The notes beneath the pieces were generated by a model. It was given only the letters and a program-made list of their open reading frames with translations, searched no databases and was not told the DNA's origin. Source: Tubiluchus corallicola (lineage: Eukaryota; Animalia; Priapulida). Taken from it: 64,000 nucleotides of DNA. The stretch's first letter is position 1; each line of letters opens with the position of its first letter. Below, one piece after another: positions 50,011 to 62,580 of this stretch. The position numbers and the translations under genes are program-made. The DNA is taken from the NCBI GenBank assembly GCA_030141605.1, contig JAQGDQ010000343.1, positions 189,122 through 253,121 on the forward strand, given 5' to 3'.

Positions 50011-50180
50011 CTTTTCAAAGATTTCCCGTACTGTATCTTCTTTGACGCTGTAATCTAGGTTGCTGACGAAAACGGCTACAGAATCAAATGCGTGACTATG
50101 TCTATCACCGGCCATTACATTAGCGGACGTGATGTCATTCTCTTTCAAAGATATCCGCTCTTCCAATGTCTCCTGTGATT
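50011..50180 (-). CDS. SART3: SART3 exon (start of RRM1)
   Basis: ...DSVAVFVSNLDYSVKEDTVREIFEK, containing RNP2. Phase-1 acceptor ctgcAG. Confidence 0.92.
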
Positions 50181-50319
50181 CTGCAGAAAAAATGGCATTG
50201 TCGCTGAATACGAAAATCAACAAAAATGTACCAGTGCAGTAATAAAAGCTGTGATAAAGCCAGTCTCGTTCTAATTCAGGTAGTTGTTGAGTCTGTTGCG
50301 ATTGTTCTTTTGACAGCAG

Positions 50320-50695
50320 TTGTTGTTGCACATTGCCTGACATTATGTTGTTGCACGTTGCCCGACATTGTGTTGTTGCACGTTGCCTAACATTGTGTTG
50401 TTGCACATTGCCTGACATTGTGTTGTTGCACGTTGCCCGACATTGTTTTGTTGCACGTTGCCTGACATTGTGTTGTTGCACGTTGCCCGACATTGTGTTG
50501 TTGCACGTTGCCCGACATTGTGTTGTTGCACATTGCCTGACATTGTGTTGTTGCACGTTGCCCGACATTGTATTGTTGCACATTGCCTGACATTGTGTAG
50601 TTGCACGTTGCCCGACATTGTATTGTTGCACATTGCCTGACATTGTGTAGTTGCACGTTGCCCGACATTGTGTTGTAACACGCTGCCCGACGTTG
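50320..50695. repeat. 25-bp minisatellite, about 15 copies
   Basis: TGTTGTTGCACGTTGCCCGACATTG. Confidence 0.95.
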
Positions 50696-51127
50696 TTTTT
50701 TTTCTATTGTGATGTTACTTGCTACTACTTGGCATGTTGCCAAGTGAAGTTGTCACTTTACTAACTACTCAGTTTGTCTTCAAGAAACGGTTCAAAGCAG
50801 AAACGCTACTACAAATCGGCCTGTGCACAAATAAAACAAAACTATTGACACTTCTCATGTGATTTATTTTAGAAAAACAAACACAGCTTGACTGCAAATT
50901 TGGGACAATAACAAAAAAATTCGCAACAATAAACGGGTGTTCAATAAACAATTAACAATAATTTAGATAATTTTCTGACAGCAAGTTAGTAAACGGTAAC
51001 ACAATGCGCAATGAAGAGTGCAGTTATAAATGTCATGCTGTTAAATCTAGATTGAGTTATTTTCATAACCAGTTTTATTTCTTGTTACAAATCTCTAGCA
51101 AATATTCTACACCAGTTTGTCCGTGGT

Positions 51128-51709
51128 AAGGGTTACCATACGTCCGGGTTTCCCCGGACACGTCCTCTTTTTGAGCCTCTGTCCGGGCGGGTTTTCAAAA
51201 AATCGGCAGTTTGTCCGGGTTTTGCCTCAATGCGTAAGTGTGTAAGGACGTTGCCAACTGCAGAGGCGTACGACAGTATGAGACAAAGAAAAGCTCGTTA
51301 ATTTTCAATACAAGATGGTTGCTAACATCTCAAAATGCAACCCTTGTAAAAACTTTGTGTACATATTTACTGAACAAAAGTAAGCGATGCGCACATCACT
51401 ATGGGTCACACGACTCACACCGCTGTCGATACTCGGCGTATTCGCTAAAGACTTAAAATGAAGTCAGCTTCCGGGAGCCATTTTGTTTGTTTTTATGTGA
51501 ATTTCTTTAAATTTGTATAGTTTCGCTGTTTTGCAGTTTTGAGCAACTGGTAAAAGTTAATTAGAAAGTAACAATGTCGAAACGACAGTGTGCATTTACA
51601 GATGAAATGAAGGCCAAGTACCCGTGTTTTCGTGCAGGTCAATATTACCGGGAAGCCGAATGCTCAACATGTGGTCCTCTTTTTCAACTCAGACAATATG
51701 GTAACCCTA
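51128..51709 (+). mobile_element. Internally deleted hAT transposon
   Basis: 8-bp TSD TCCGTGGT on both sides. TIR AGGGTTACCATA...TATGGTAACCCT. Retains a probable transposase start MSKRQCAFTDEMKAKYPCF..EAECSTC at 51574. Confidence 0.88.
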
Positions 51710-52024
51710 TCCGTGGTGAAAATACAAACAACCAAGAAGAAATAACGTGTTAGTTCAGAAACATTCGTGCATAAAGCAACAGGGATAGAATAAACATCTA
51801 ATCAGCCCTCGCTCCTTTAATAACACTAAGCATTAGAATAACTACAAAACTACAAAAACTTGCTAACTTCTAGGCGTCTACAAATAAATCTATTCAAAAA
51901 AAAGATAGAATAGAAAACAAAGAACAGCTATCATGACACGCTATTCAAGCAGCACAAATTCAATAATAAAAAAAACAGGAATATCAGAACTACAATTGTC
52001 CATATTTGCCAAATAAATGTAAAA

Positions 52025-53412
52025 ACATCAAAATGGAATTTATTGCCGACCAGTTTCTAAGAAAACTGTTCATTGTCAAGGCTTCTAAAACAAAGAAATT
52101 TACCAGAATTTAGAAACAACATCGAAATACAATTCATTAGTTACATAGACAAAAGAATGAAAATATGCTGGAAGCGTTACACATTAAACTTACTGGGCCT
52201 CAGTTAAACAGCAAAGATGAGTACATGCACTCTTTACTGCTGAAGTGCACTTGAGCTTGTACAACACCAACGGTGCACCGTGTTTTGTGGAATTCAGCAA
52301 CAAAATGGCAGCTCCCTAATACTGACAGGTCTGTTAATACTAACACATTTGTTTGTTTGTTTGTGAAATGTAGCATAGTTTCATTATCAATCAAGATATG
52401 TAATCTGTAAGATAAATTGTTAAATTATCTAATGTATAATGTTAGACCATATATCTTTTGGCTATCTAACTACTGAATTGCATTTCGATATTGTATATAT
52501 CTATGTAATGTTATATCATATATCTTTTGGCTATCTAACTACTGAATTGCATTTCGATATTGTATATATCTATGTAATGTTATATCATATATCTTTTGGC
52601 TATCTAACTACTGAATTGCATTTCGATATTGTATATATCTATGTAATGTTATATCATATATCTTTTGGCTATCTAACTACTGAATTGGATTTCGATATTG
52701 TATATATCTATGTAATGTTATATCATATATCTTTTGGCTATCTAACTACTGAATTGCATTTCGATATTGTATATATCTATGTAATGTTATATCATATATA
52801 TTTTGGCTATCTAACTACTGAATTGCATTTCGATATTGTATATATCTATGTAATGTTATATCATATATCTTTTGGCTATCTAACTACTGAATTGCATTTC
52901 GATATTGTATATATCTATGTAATGTTATATCATACATCTTTTGGCTATCTAACTACTGAATTGCATTTCGATATTGTATATATCTATGTAATGTTATATC
53001 ATATATCTTTTGGCTATCTAACTACTGAATTGGATTTCGATATTGTATATATCTATGTAATGTTATATCATATATCTTTTGGCTATCTAACTACTGAATT
53101 GCATTTCGATATTGTATATATTTATGTAATGTTATATTATATATCTTTTGGCTATCTAACTACTGAAATGTATTTCGATATTGTATATATCTATGTAATG
53201 TTATATCATATATCTTTTGGCTATCTAACTACTGAATTGCATTTCGATATTGTATATATCTATGTAATGTTATATCATATATCTTTTGGCTATCTAACTA
53301 CTGAATTGTATTTCGATGCTGTTTCTAAATTCTGGTAAATTTCTTTGTTTTAGATGCCTTTACAATGAACAGTTTTGTTCGAAACCGGTTGGCAATAAAT
53401 TCAATTTTGGTG
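52025..53412. mobile_element. Foldback-like element with ~130-bp imperfect inverted arms
   Basis: 52025-52155 is the reverse complement of about 53282-53412 (AAAGAAATTTACCAGAATTTAGAAACA core). Confidence 0.7.
52436..53316. repeat. 69-bp tandem repeat, about 13 copies, inside a long inverted repeat
   Basis: TAATGTTATATCATATATCTTTTGGCTATCTAACTACTGAATTGCATTTCGATATTGTATATATCTATG. Confidence 0.96.
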
Positions 53413-53628
53413 TATCACAATTTGCATGGATATTTAACATCAAATATCTAGCTGCTGTACGCAAGAAACTGTTTGATTCAAACACTGACCCAATGAGAAT
53501 TTTGAATTAAACACAAGATATTAAATATTAAAATTCTTTATTTTACACAATTTCATGTGAGCCGATTTAGCAGGGTCCGCGAAAAAGTTGAAAACAGCAA
53601 AGTGCGATTAAAGGATGGAGGACATTTA

Positions 53629-54506
53629 TCAAAAAGCTTCAACATCTATACCGTTGTCAAGGTATTCCTGCACATCCCGCCTGTACATTGCCACTATATT
53701 CTTGTGGGTATCATGGACTTCTTTGAAATCAGAGTGACTGATTTTAGAATTGCTGCCGTTTTCGGTTTCGTTAAACAACCATGTTAGATCGGCTTCGGTG
53801 CAAACTTTGCTCACAGCATCGCCGCGAGACTTGGCATCCAAGAGATTCTTAGGCCGTAATTTGCTCACATGTTTGAAACTTGATATCAATTGGTCTTCAC
53901 CCACTTGTAATATTACAGGCTCGACGTTTGCCAGATCGGGATGCTGATCTTCAAAAGCACGTACGGCACTTGCAAGATTTCGGCCGTGAAGCAACGATCC
54001 TTTGTTGGTGAGGTGCACGCCATCGTACGAGCAGTGAACATAATATTCTTCAGTCTGCCACAAATTTTGCTGGTCTACGAAGTAGCAGCCAGTCTCGTCA
54101 CACAGCTTGCTTAGCAAAGTGTTAAACTGCATGGCTTCCGGATTGTAACCCTCCTCCTCGCGAGGGGGAAGCTCGGCCAGAAAGACCTGGGATAGAGGAT
54201 ACTTGGAGTGCAGAAGACGCACCAATTTGGTCATATTGCCAATGGCGACGTCTGCCGACACCGCCTTGCCCTTCTTATTGCTAATATCATTGCTCCCGAT
54301 CATGACCATGACGTTTTTAGGAAGGAATCGTGACTTGTATATAACTGTTATGGCTTCTTTGATTCCCTTGCCTCTCAGTGCAATGACCTGAGTGTCGGCA
54401 TTACAAAAAAGCCCGCTCTTTTTTAAAGCTACAGCATGTGAGCTTCCAAGAATTAAGTTCTTACAACAAACTGTATCAGAACATTCATGAGCTTTGAAGC
54501 TCTCAT
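53629..54506 (-). CDS. SGNH/GDSL hydrolase-fold exon nested in a SART3 intron
   Basis: Open frame of about 291 codons from the tttcAG acceptor (phase 1) to TGA. Block I LILGSSH, block II RGKGI, block III MIGSND, block V YDGVHL. AATAAA on the - strand at 53538-53543. Confidence 0.8.
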
Positions 54507-54581
54507 CTGAAATGCATGCAAGTAATTACAGTAATCACGGGCAGCCTTAATAAAAAAACAAACAAGGGTTCCCAATGATAA

Positions 54582-55900
54582 TAAACCTAAAACAGCGGTT
54601 AACACAAACATACATCAGATTGTAGGTAAACCTAAAGTCACGGTTAACACAAACATACATCAGATTGTAGGTAAACCTAAAGTCACGGTTAACACAAACA
54701 TACATCAGATTGTAGGTAAACCTAAAGCCATGGTTAACACAAACATACATCAGATTGTAGGTAAACCTAAAGTCACGGTTAACACAAACATACATCAGAT
54801 TGTAGGTAAACCTAAAGTCACGGTTAACACAAACATACATCATATTGTAGGTAAACCTAAAGTCACGGTTAACACAAACATACATCAGATTGTAGGTAAA
54901 CCTAAAGCCATTGTTAACACAAACATACATCAGATTGTAGGTAAACCTAAAGTCACGGTTAACACAAAAATACATCAGATTGTAGGTAAACCTAAAGTCA
55001 CAGTTAACACAAACATACATCAGATTGTAGGTAAACCTAAAGCCATTGTTAACACAAACATACATCAGATTGTAGGTAAACCTAAAGTCACGGTTAACAC
55101 AAACATACATCAGATTGTAGGTAAACCTAGAGCCATGGTTAACACAAACATACATCAGATTGTAGGTAAACCTAAAGTCACGGTTAACACAAACATACAT
55201 CAGATTGTAGGTAAACCTAAAGTCACGGTTAACACAAACATACATCAGATTGTAGGTAAACCTAAAGTCACGGTTAACACAAACATACATCAGATTGTAG
55301 GTAAACCTAGAGCCATTGTTAACACAAACATACATCAGATTGTAGGTAAACCTAGAGCTATGGTTAACACAAACATACATCAGATTGTAGGTAAACCTAA
55401 AGTCACGGTTAACACAAACATACATCAGATTGTAGGTAAACCTAAAGATACGGTTAACACAAACATACAGCAGATTATAGGTAGATCTAAAGCCATGGTT
55501 AACACAAACATACATGTGATTGTAGGTAAACCTAAAATCACGGTTAACACAAACGTACAGCAGATTGTAGGTAAACCTAAAGCCACGGTTAACACAAACG
55601 TACAGCAGATTGTAGGAAACCTAAAGCCACGGTCAACACAAACATACAGCAGATTGTAGATAAACCTAAAGCCATGGTTTACACAAACATACAGCAGATT
55701 GTAGGTGAACCTAAAATCATGGATAACACAAACATACAGCAGATTGTAGGAAAACCTAAAGCCACGGTCAACACAAACATACAGCAGATTGTAGATAAAC
55801 CTAAAGCCATGGTTTACACAAACATACAGCAGATTGTAGGTGAACCTAAAATCATGGATAGCACAAACATACAGCAGACTGTAGGTAAATCTAAAGCCAC
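54582..55900. repeat. 45-bp tandem repeat, about 29 copies
   Basis: TAAACCTAAAGTCACGGTTAACACAAACATACATCAGATTGTAGG. Confidence 0.97.
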
Positions 55901-57027
55901 TGAGTTTTTTTGACGCGTTAGTACCTGCCAGATAACGAAAACAAGCAACACTGGACCGAACTAGCAAATAGATGGGTGTCTGCCAAAGAAAACAAGTTTT
56001 AGACAGTTTTGTCAACTTTACAGCATCTGACTGCTTATCTTTTTAAGAAAGTAGATCTAAGTGTGTCTCACACACTTCTTTTGATCCAGTATCTCATCTC
56101 AGACAGCTGCTGAATTTAAATGAGCATTTTAGGTCCTGGTCCAGCCACAATCAGAAAACAAAATACCGCTGATCCTACGTGCAGGCAACGAAGATTTAAG
56201 ATGTTTACCAGCGGTACAGCCTTGTCTTAAGTTATTGAGAAAAAATTCTTCACGTATCTTTCTTATTCGTGAAACTTCAGAACATCACAAACTGAATAAC
56301 TAGGCTAGCAATGGCTTCCTTGGATACCTTTCTAGAAAACATTTATATGCACTGTAGAAAGGTTTGCGAAACATTCATATGCACACATATATCCACTCAT
56401 GCATGCACACACGCACACATGCACACCCACACAAATAACCACATACTTATATTTAGAAGGCAATTTTCAAAAAGTCATATTATTAACCCATAATATGCAA
56501 TTAATTTATAAGAATGCAGAACAAGTTACTAAACACGTTTCACCAACTATCAACAATCAATTTTGCATGAGAACGCACTATACAGTACAGGATACGGAAT
56601 GCACCTGGCTTCAGATGCTGATTGGCTGGTTAGCGTTACTTGTTGCAAAGCAACAAAAATCCTTGAACTTTTCTACAATGTTTGTGCATGGCCATAGCAG
56701 TAAAATAAACAGACCTGGGTGACTGCGCTTAGTGCTGAGCTTGAGCAACAGTCTACCGCCTTCCGTCTCTTGCATGAAAAACATAGGCGGCAGTGTGCCA
56801 CCTTCCGTAGTGAAAGGGTTAAAACGCGTAAAATTAAGTCCCAGACTTTCTTTAAAAATGACACCTTCACACCAGATTTCCTCTCACGTAAACCACCAAG
56901 AAAAAGTTAAAAGTGTCAGAAAATCTTGGAGCATTTTCTTTCTTTCTGTGCAAAACTGAAACTTTATAAAGTACGCTGTACTTGGCCTTTAATAAATTTA
57001 GCATTTTATTTCACATTTCATACCAAC

Positions 57028-57109
57028 CTTTGAGCTTCTTTGGAGGAGGTAAGGACGGTACTTTGAAAGTGTCATCTGGTCCATTTACTTCTTGCTCATC
57101 TTCCATGAA
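57028..57109 (-). CDS. SART3: SART3 small exon (linker / NLS-like)
   Basis: gttAG acceptor. FMEDEQEVNGPDDTFKVPSLPPPKKLK, then a G|GTTGGT phase-1 donor that fits the 50180 exon. Confidence 0.75.
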
Positions 57110-57231
57110 CTAACAACAAAAATAGAACATACAGTCACTTGAGATGAACACTGAATAAACGTCCGTGTAAATAAATTACACTGAAATGAAACTATTGCCT
57201 ATTCTTGGCTTCGTTTATACAACTGTTGACA

Positions 57232-57940
57232 TTAAAGGGCAAGAAAACGGGAACCTGAAGTAGGTTTCAGAAAAATTGTCTTGAAAAATTATATTACTTG
57301 ATAGCAGTTTTAAACGTATATCGTACTCGCGTTAAAGAGATTTTTTGTTTGTTTTTATCTTAAATCTCCCGCAATACTGTTCTGACGGCGCCATTACGTG
57401 ACGTCACTTACGCAAACGTAAATCAGGAGAAGAAAAGGTAATGTTATTTATGTCCCAAAAAAACTTTCCATCCAAAGTTATATTACCTAGCATTTTGTTT
57501 ACCTGCTTGAAAGATTTTGTAATTAGAAAAAAATTGAAACTGTTCCTCCCAATTGGTAAAATGTCGCTGACTCACCCTCCAGGGTGCACCACTCACTAAC
57601 CAAAAAGCTATTTTTAATCTTATTGACAAGATACAGTAATTTCAAATTTTACTTAGTAATGTGTGCACTACGAATGCTCTGATTATTTTTTCAAACTTTG
57701 TGCAATGTTATCTAAACTTGTTTCAAACGACCTACCATTAAAATGGCTGCATATAACAGTCATCGTGGGAGTTTAAGTTTACAAGTTTTATACAGCGTTA
57801 TGGCCTATGCAAGCCCTGCATGCAAAAAGGCAATATGTAAATGGCTCAAAATACGAACAACTCGACATTATGGTTGTACAATACTACAAAAATCAATATT
57901 TACGTTTGTTTATAAATATAATAATTTTAAGTCTCTTTAA
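57232..57940 (+). mobile_element. Kolobok-like non-autonomous family B; other copies at about 560-1210(-), 22139-22545(+), 44812-45285(+)
   Basis: TTAA-AGGG start and CT-TTAA end. Shared internal TGGTAAAATGTC..TGACTCACCCT..GGGTGCGCCACTCA and GAATGCTCTGATTATTTTTTCAA. Confidence 0.65.
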
Positions 57941-58893
57941 AGCTGTTTTATAACAACGTACGCAGAGCAAAAATCCAAACACGTCACGAATTTTGAACTA
58001 CTCAAGCTCCTAAAATGCTTTACAAAGATTTGAAAACAACTGTAGACCATTCACTACAAAGCACAATGTCTACTGAATGTAAAAGAACCATTATGTTACT
58101 GCGAAAAACTACGCTATGCTACTAATTTTTCAAAAAAGTAAAATATATGTGCTTGCAAACCAAAACCGTGCATAAGTTCCAATGCTTCAAAGTAGAATTC
58201 ACCAAAATTTTGATCTGATGTTAATTTTTTGTTTTTTATAAAAACAAATGCTAAATATATTGGACTTTTATATTCTAGCATCAAATTATGAAGAAAATGT
58301 TCAAAAAATACTAAAAATTTAATTTTATAACCCCGTGCCCATTTCTCTGCCTAGAAACTAGCACTGCAATGGCAAAAAACTAAGATAGTAGCTCGTGGAA
58401 GCAGCCATTTTACTTCGGGTTTTTTCAACAAGACCTGATCTTCGTTGGGAAGAGCCATCTACTGGATATAAAAGTAACTTCAATTTGCTGTTGTAAAATC
58501 CATGGCAACCACACTTTCATACGGTTGCTAAGTGTTTTGTACAGATGCGACATAGCCTGTGCCTCAACTTCAATGTGGATTATCTCAGCTTAGAAATAAC
58601 ATGGAGTGATGAACTTGGTATCAAAATGATCCTCATGAAATGGAAATTCAGGATATGTGAATAATTAGAAAAACTCAATTGCTGACTTATGGACGATTTG
58701 CTATGCAAGCAAACATATGTTGGATGTTTAAACATGGAAACTGACTCATTGCCACTAAAACACTTCAAGCAACATATTCAATCTTGGCTCAAGTTTGAAA
58801 AAATTCATTTCATAAACACCTAGTTGTGTTATCCAACACTAACTACAATGACTAAATAAGACAAATCTGAAAACTCACTTTGGCTCCGCCTAC

Positions 58894-59016
58894 CTTGCGT
58901 TTCTTCTGCTCTTTCACGTCGTGTCGCTTCGTGGAACGCTTCTCCGATTTCGCTTGCTGCCTCTTCTCTTGCTGCTGCTTCTGCCTCTCAAGCTGCTCGA
59001 CTGCCTTCTCGCTTTC
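58894..59016 (-). CDS. SART3: SART3 exon (basic coiled coil / NLS)
   Basis: ESEKAVEQLERQKQQQEKRQQAKSEKRSTKRHDVKEQKKRK. A second in-frame donor (GTGAGT) lies 15 nt further on (exon end 58879). Confidence 0.85.
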
Positions 59017-59984
59017 CTGTCACGTTAATGACCGATTAATAATTAGCGCAGTTAGTCCAACGTTTGTGTGCAGGGTTGGACTCTGGCCACTAAATAATTA
59101 ACTAATAACAAAAGCAGCATCCATCCACAGCAAACTAGCGGCAGCTGCGAGCACTACTGAGCTACTGCATGATGGCTAGTTTCTGACGTAAGCAATAACA
59201 AAAGCATAAACTTTCAAAGCTACGCGCAGCTCAGTGAATCTACTAAGATGGGCAGCAGCGCCTTTTTGTAACGTGCGCATGGCCGACGTATAGAAGGCGG
59301 TACCTTGATAACCATGATCATGAACTGCAGTGTTAGTTTCTGACGTCATATGATGTAGAGTCCATTTTCGTGACATCACACGTTTAAACAGTACTATAAC
59401 ACCTACACAAATGTGCTTGATGCGCAAGGGAAGACGCCTGCCATTGCACAAATTGTGGTTAGTTTGTGACGTAAACAATAGCTCTGTTCGCTTGTCGTTA
59501 ATTAACTACCTAAGCTAATCATTTAAATATTAGAAACAATTGCTAATTTTCATAGGCAAGAAAATGTATATATTGGACTGTAGTTAATATGAGTTTGACG
59601 CTAAACAGTCATCCGGTTTTCCTTTAAAGACAAAAGTAAGTTGTAAGTGCACCATATCCCAAGTAACACCTTCATGAATTGCTAACGTGGGGCCGCCACA
59701 CGGCAAACCGATCACACAAAATTTGTGCACACGAGGCAAGTTTTATATGAACCAACTTTTGTACGGTTAATCAACAGCAAACGTGTGCTAGACTGACACG
59801 TGACAAAGGCGTTTGGTTTTTATTATTCCGATATGATCTCGTATGATAGAAATCGTTGCTTTGAGCGCGCACACTGGAGCAGGATCAGTTTGTATGCAAC
59901 AGAAATTTAATAATATAAAATTCCGCGTGCGGCAAAGCTGGATGAACGGCACTTATCGAGTTGCACACGCGAGGAAAAATCTGT

Positions 59985-60180
59985 AACCTAATCTAATATA
60001 AACTAATTTAACCTAATCTAATCTAATATAATTTAACCTAATGTAATCTATTTAATTTAACCTAATTTATCTAATCTAATCTATTCTACTCCACTCTACA
60101 CTAATCTAATCTAATCCATACCACTCTGCTTTTTCTACTCTAATCTACTCTACACTATTCTGATGTAATCTAATCTAATC
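59985..60180. repeat. (CTAAT)n/(CTACT)n degenerate microsatellite, mirrored at 62640-62840
   Basis: Directly visible pentamer runs. Confidence 0.85.
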
Positions 60181-60239
60181 TGATAGCATACATTCTCCAA
60201 AGTGGCAAAACTAATTGAATTTATCTAAAAGTTCGTACT

Positions 60240-60890
60240 NNNNNNNNNNNNNNNNNNNNNNNNNNNNNNNNNNNNNNNNNNNNNNNNNNNNNNNNNNNNN
60301 NNNNNNNNNNNNNNNNNNNNNNNNNNNNNNNNNNNNNNNNNNNNNNNNNNNNNNNNNNNNNNNNNNNNNNNNNNNNNNNNNNNNNNNNNNNNNNNNNNNN
60401 NNNNNNNNNNNNNNNNNNNNNNNNNNNNNNNNNNNNNNNNNNNNNNNNNNNNNNNNNNNNNNNNNNNNNNNNNNNNNNNNNNNNNNNNNNNNNNNNNNNN
60501 NNNNNNNNNNNNNNNNNNNNNNNNNNNNNNNNNNNNNNNNNNNNNNNNNNNNNNNNNNNNNNNNNNNNNNNNNNNNNNNNNNNNNNNNNNNNNNNNNNNN
60601 NNNNNNNNNNNNNNNNNNNNNNNNNNNNNNNNNNNNNNNNNNNNNNNNNNNNNNNNNNNNNNNNNNNNNNNNNNNNNNNNNNNNNNNNNNNNNNNNNNNN
60701 NNNNNNNNNNNNNNNNNNNNNNNNNNNNNNNNNNNNNNNNNNNNNNNNNNNNNNNNNNNNNNNNNNNNNNNNNNNNNNNNNNNNNNNNNNNNNNNNNNNN
60801 NNNNNNNNNNNNNNNNNNNNNNNNNNNNNNNNNNNNNNNNNNNNNNNNNNNNNNNNNNNNNNNNNNNNNNNNNNNNNNNNNNNNNNNNNN
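60240..60890. other. Assembly gap (N run)
   Basis: 651 N characters. Confidence 1.
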
Positions 60891-60947
60891 TTCTAATTAG
60901 TGGTAGGACGTCGGCTGCATTTTCATAATCGTTTAATCTCTGATATG

Positions 60948-61466
60948 CAGGGATGAGAATTTTCCGCGGATACGCGGAATTCCGAGTTTTTGGAAGACCA
61001 GTAGTGCCATTTTTGTAAATCGGTTGAATTCGTTGAGAAAATTTTTACGGAGGCAGTACATTATTTCACAAGCTGACCGCTAGGTGGCAGGCCGTCACTT
61101 TGTTTACATCACATACATCAGTGTATTCACGTGTAGATCTCTATGTAGAAAAATATAGAATCAATTGTGTGGAGTTATTTGAATCAATTGCAGACAGTTT
61201 TTATATACTTTTGCATAGGAGTGGCCAGTACTTTTGAGACAATTAGGTATCATTTATCCTTGATAGTTGGGTATTTTAAATTATGCATGAAACAAGGTAA
61301 CTGATATTTACTATGGTCTCTATGGACAACAAAATAGTAATTTGTTGCTTTGCCCCTTTCAACCCCCATGGGGACTTTGCCCCTCAACCCCATTAGGGGC
61401 CTAGGCAGCCCCAAGACTCTCGGCCTGTTTCAGAGTTTTTTTTGCAATTTGTCATTCTCATCCCTG
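60948..61466. mobile_element. hAT-like MITE
   Basis: TIR CAGGGATGAGAAT...ATTCTCATCCCTG flanked by a GATATG direct repeat (6 bp). Confidence 0.8.
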
Positions 61467-62379
61467 GATATGAAACCAATCCGGCAGTTGATTGCAGTCT
61501 ATCACGATGCTGTTTTACTAGAAAGCAGACACGCATGAAAACCACACTTGGGAGAAATGAGTTATACTGATCAGCGGCGGCTCGTGTATAGGTACTGTAG
61601 AACTGGAGCACCCCCTATTTTCACTCAATATTATCGATAATATTCAATGTAATAAGTCTCTTTTGTTTAGTTGTTTCTTTTTAGTTGCACGGTCCGGGTA
61701 GTACTGCTTGCTTCACAGCCCAGCACAGTGCACTCCAGCAACGTGGTGTTTGGCTGTTGTGCGCATGCGGCCATGCGCACATGTCTGAGCCCAGGTAGAG
61801 AAAGTACTGTCCGTCACACAGTTTGTTGTCAGTTGTCACTTGCATGAATGGATCAAGCTTGAACTACAACAATTTAGGCTATTAGTAAGCAAAAAATATT
61901 TTTTTGTTTAGGATTTTATCAAGTTTATGTATAAACTTTCATATGTTTGTTTGTTTAAAATTACAAATTACAACATAAAAATTACATATGTTTGTTTCGT
62001 TTTACACAGTATTAAAGCAATGGCTAAAAATTTTCTGAAGCAGCGACCCCACTAATTTTAGCTATGAACTGCCGCCAATATTTATGAGAAAGTTTTGCAT
62101 CTAGTGATACTCCCAGCATGCTAACCTACTGTTCAAAAAACGTAGCTTACTCTTGCTTAATTTTACTGCAACAATGCGCTTATTTATTAGGCGTTTTTGT
62201 CGACTGTCTGAAAAGGAAGTTAAAATGGTATTGGTAATAAAATCGATTTGCCTCATCAGTTATTATCGATTAATTGGCTCCACCACTACTTTCAATAACT
62301 GTGGAACATGACTGCATCTTTTAGCTGCTTTCTCTTACTTAGTGGCATTTCATTGTGCTCTATTTGGCTACCTGTGCAG

Positions 62380-62569
62380 GTCGTACGGTGATGCCAAGCA
62401 CTGTCGGAAGGTGTTTCAACGAGCCATTCACGCGAACACCGACTATCCAGAGCTGATCTGTCAAGCTTACATCGATTATGAACGTGAAGTCGGGACGTTG
62501 GACCAGCTGGACGCTGCTTATGTGAAATGTGAGCCGGTCCTTGAACGGACTCGACTCAAACGAACAAAG
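62380..62569 (+). CDS. SART3: SART3 HAT-repeat exon on the inverted copy
   Basis: SYGDAKHCRKVFQRAIHANTDYPELICQAYIDYEREVGTLDQLDAAYVKCE, compare human HGDTQHCRKALHRAVQCTSDYPEHVCEVLLTMERTEGSLEDWD. Confidence 0.9.
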
Positions 62570-62580
62570 GTGTGCTGAGA

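Noticed and set aside
50181-50743. Gln/Cys/Asn-rich N-terminal extension of ORF 49987-50643
   Set aside because: It is a 25-bp minisatellite in an intron; the real SART3 exon starts at the acceptor at 50180.
52439-53338. 299-aa repetitive ORF
   Set aside because: Read-through of a 69-bp stop-free satellite unit, with no domain or splice support.
54547-56015. Long repetitive ORFs on both strands (322, 309, 196 aa)
   Set aside because: Translations of the 45-bp tandem repeat.
56713-56996. Possible + strand terminal exon (TWVTALSAELEQQ...KPPRKS*, AATAAA at 56991)
   Set aside because: Weak pyrimidine tract, no recognisable domain, and no open upstream exon found. Cannot be supported without RNA data.
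60215-60928. 237-aa ORF
   Set aside because: Spans the N gap.
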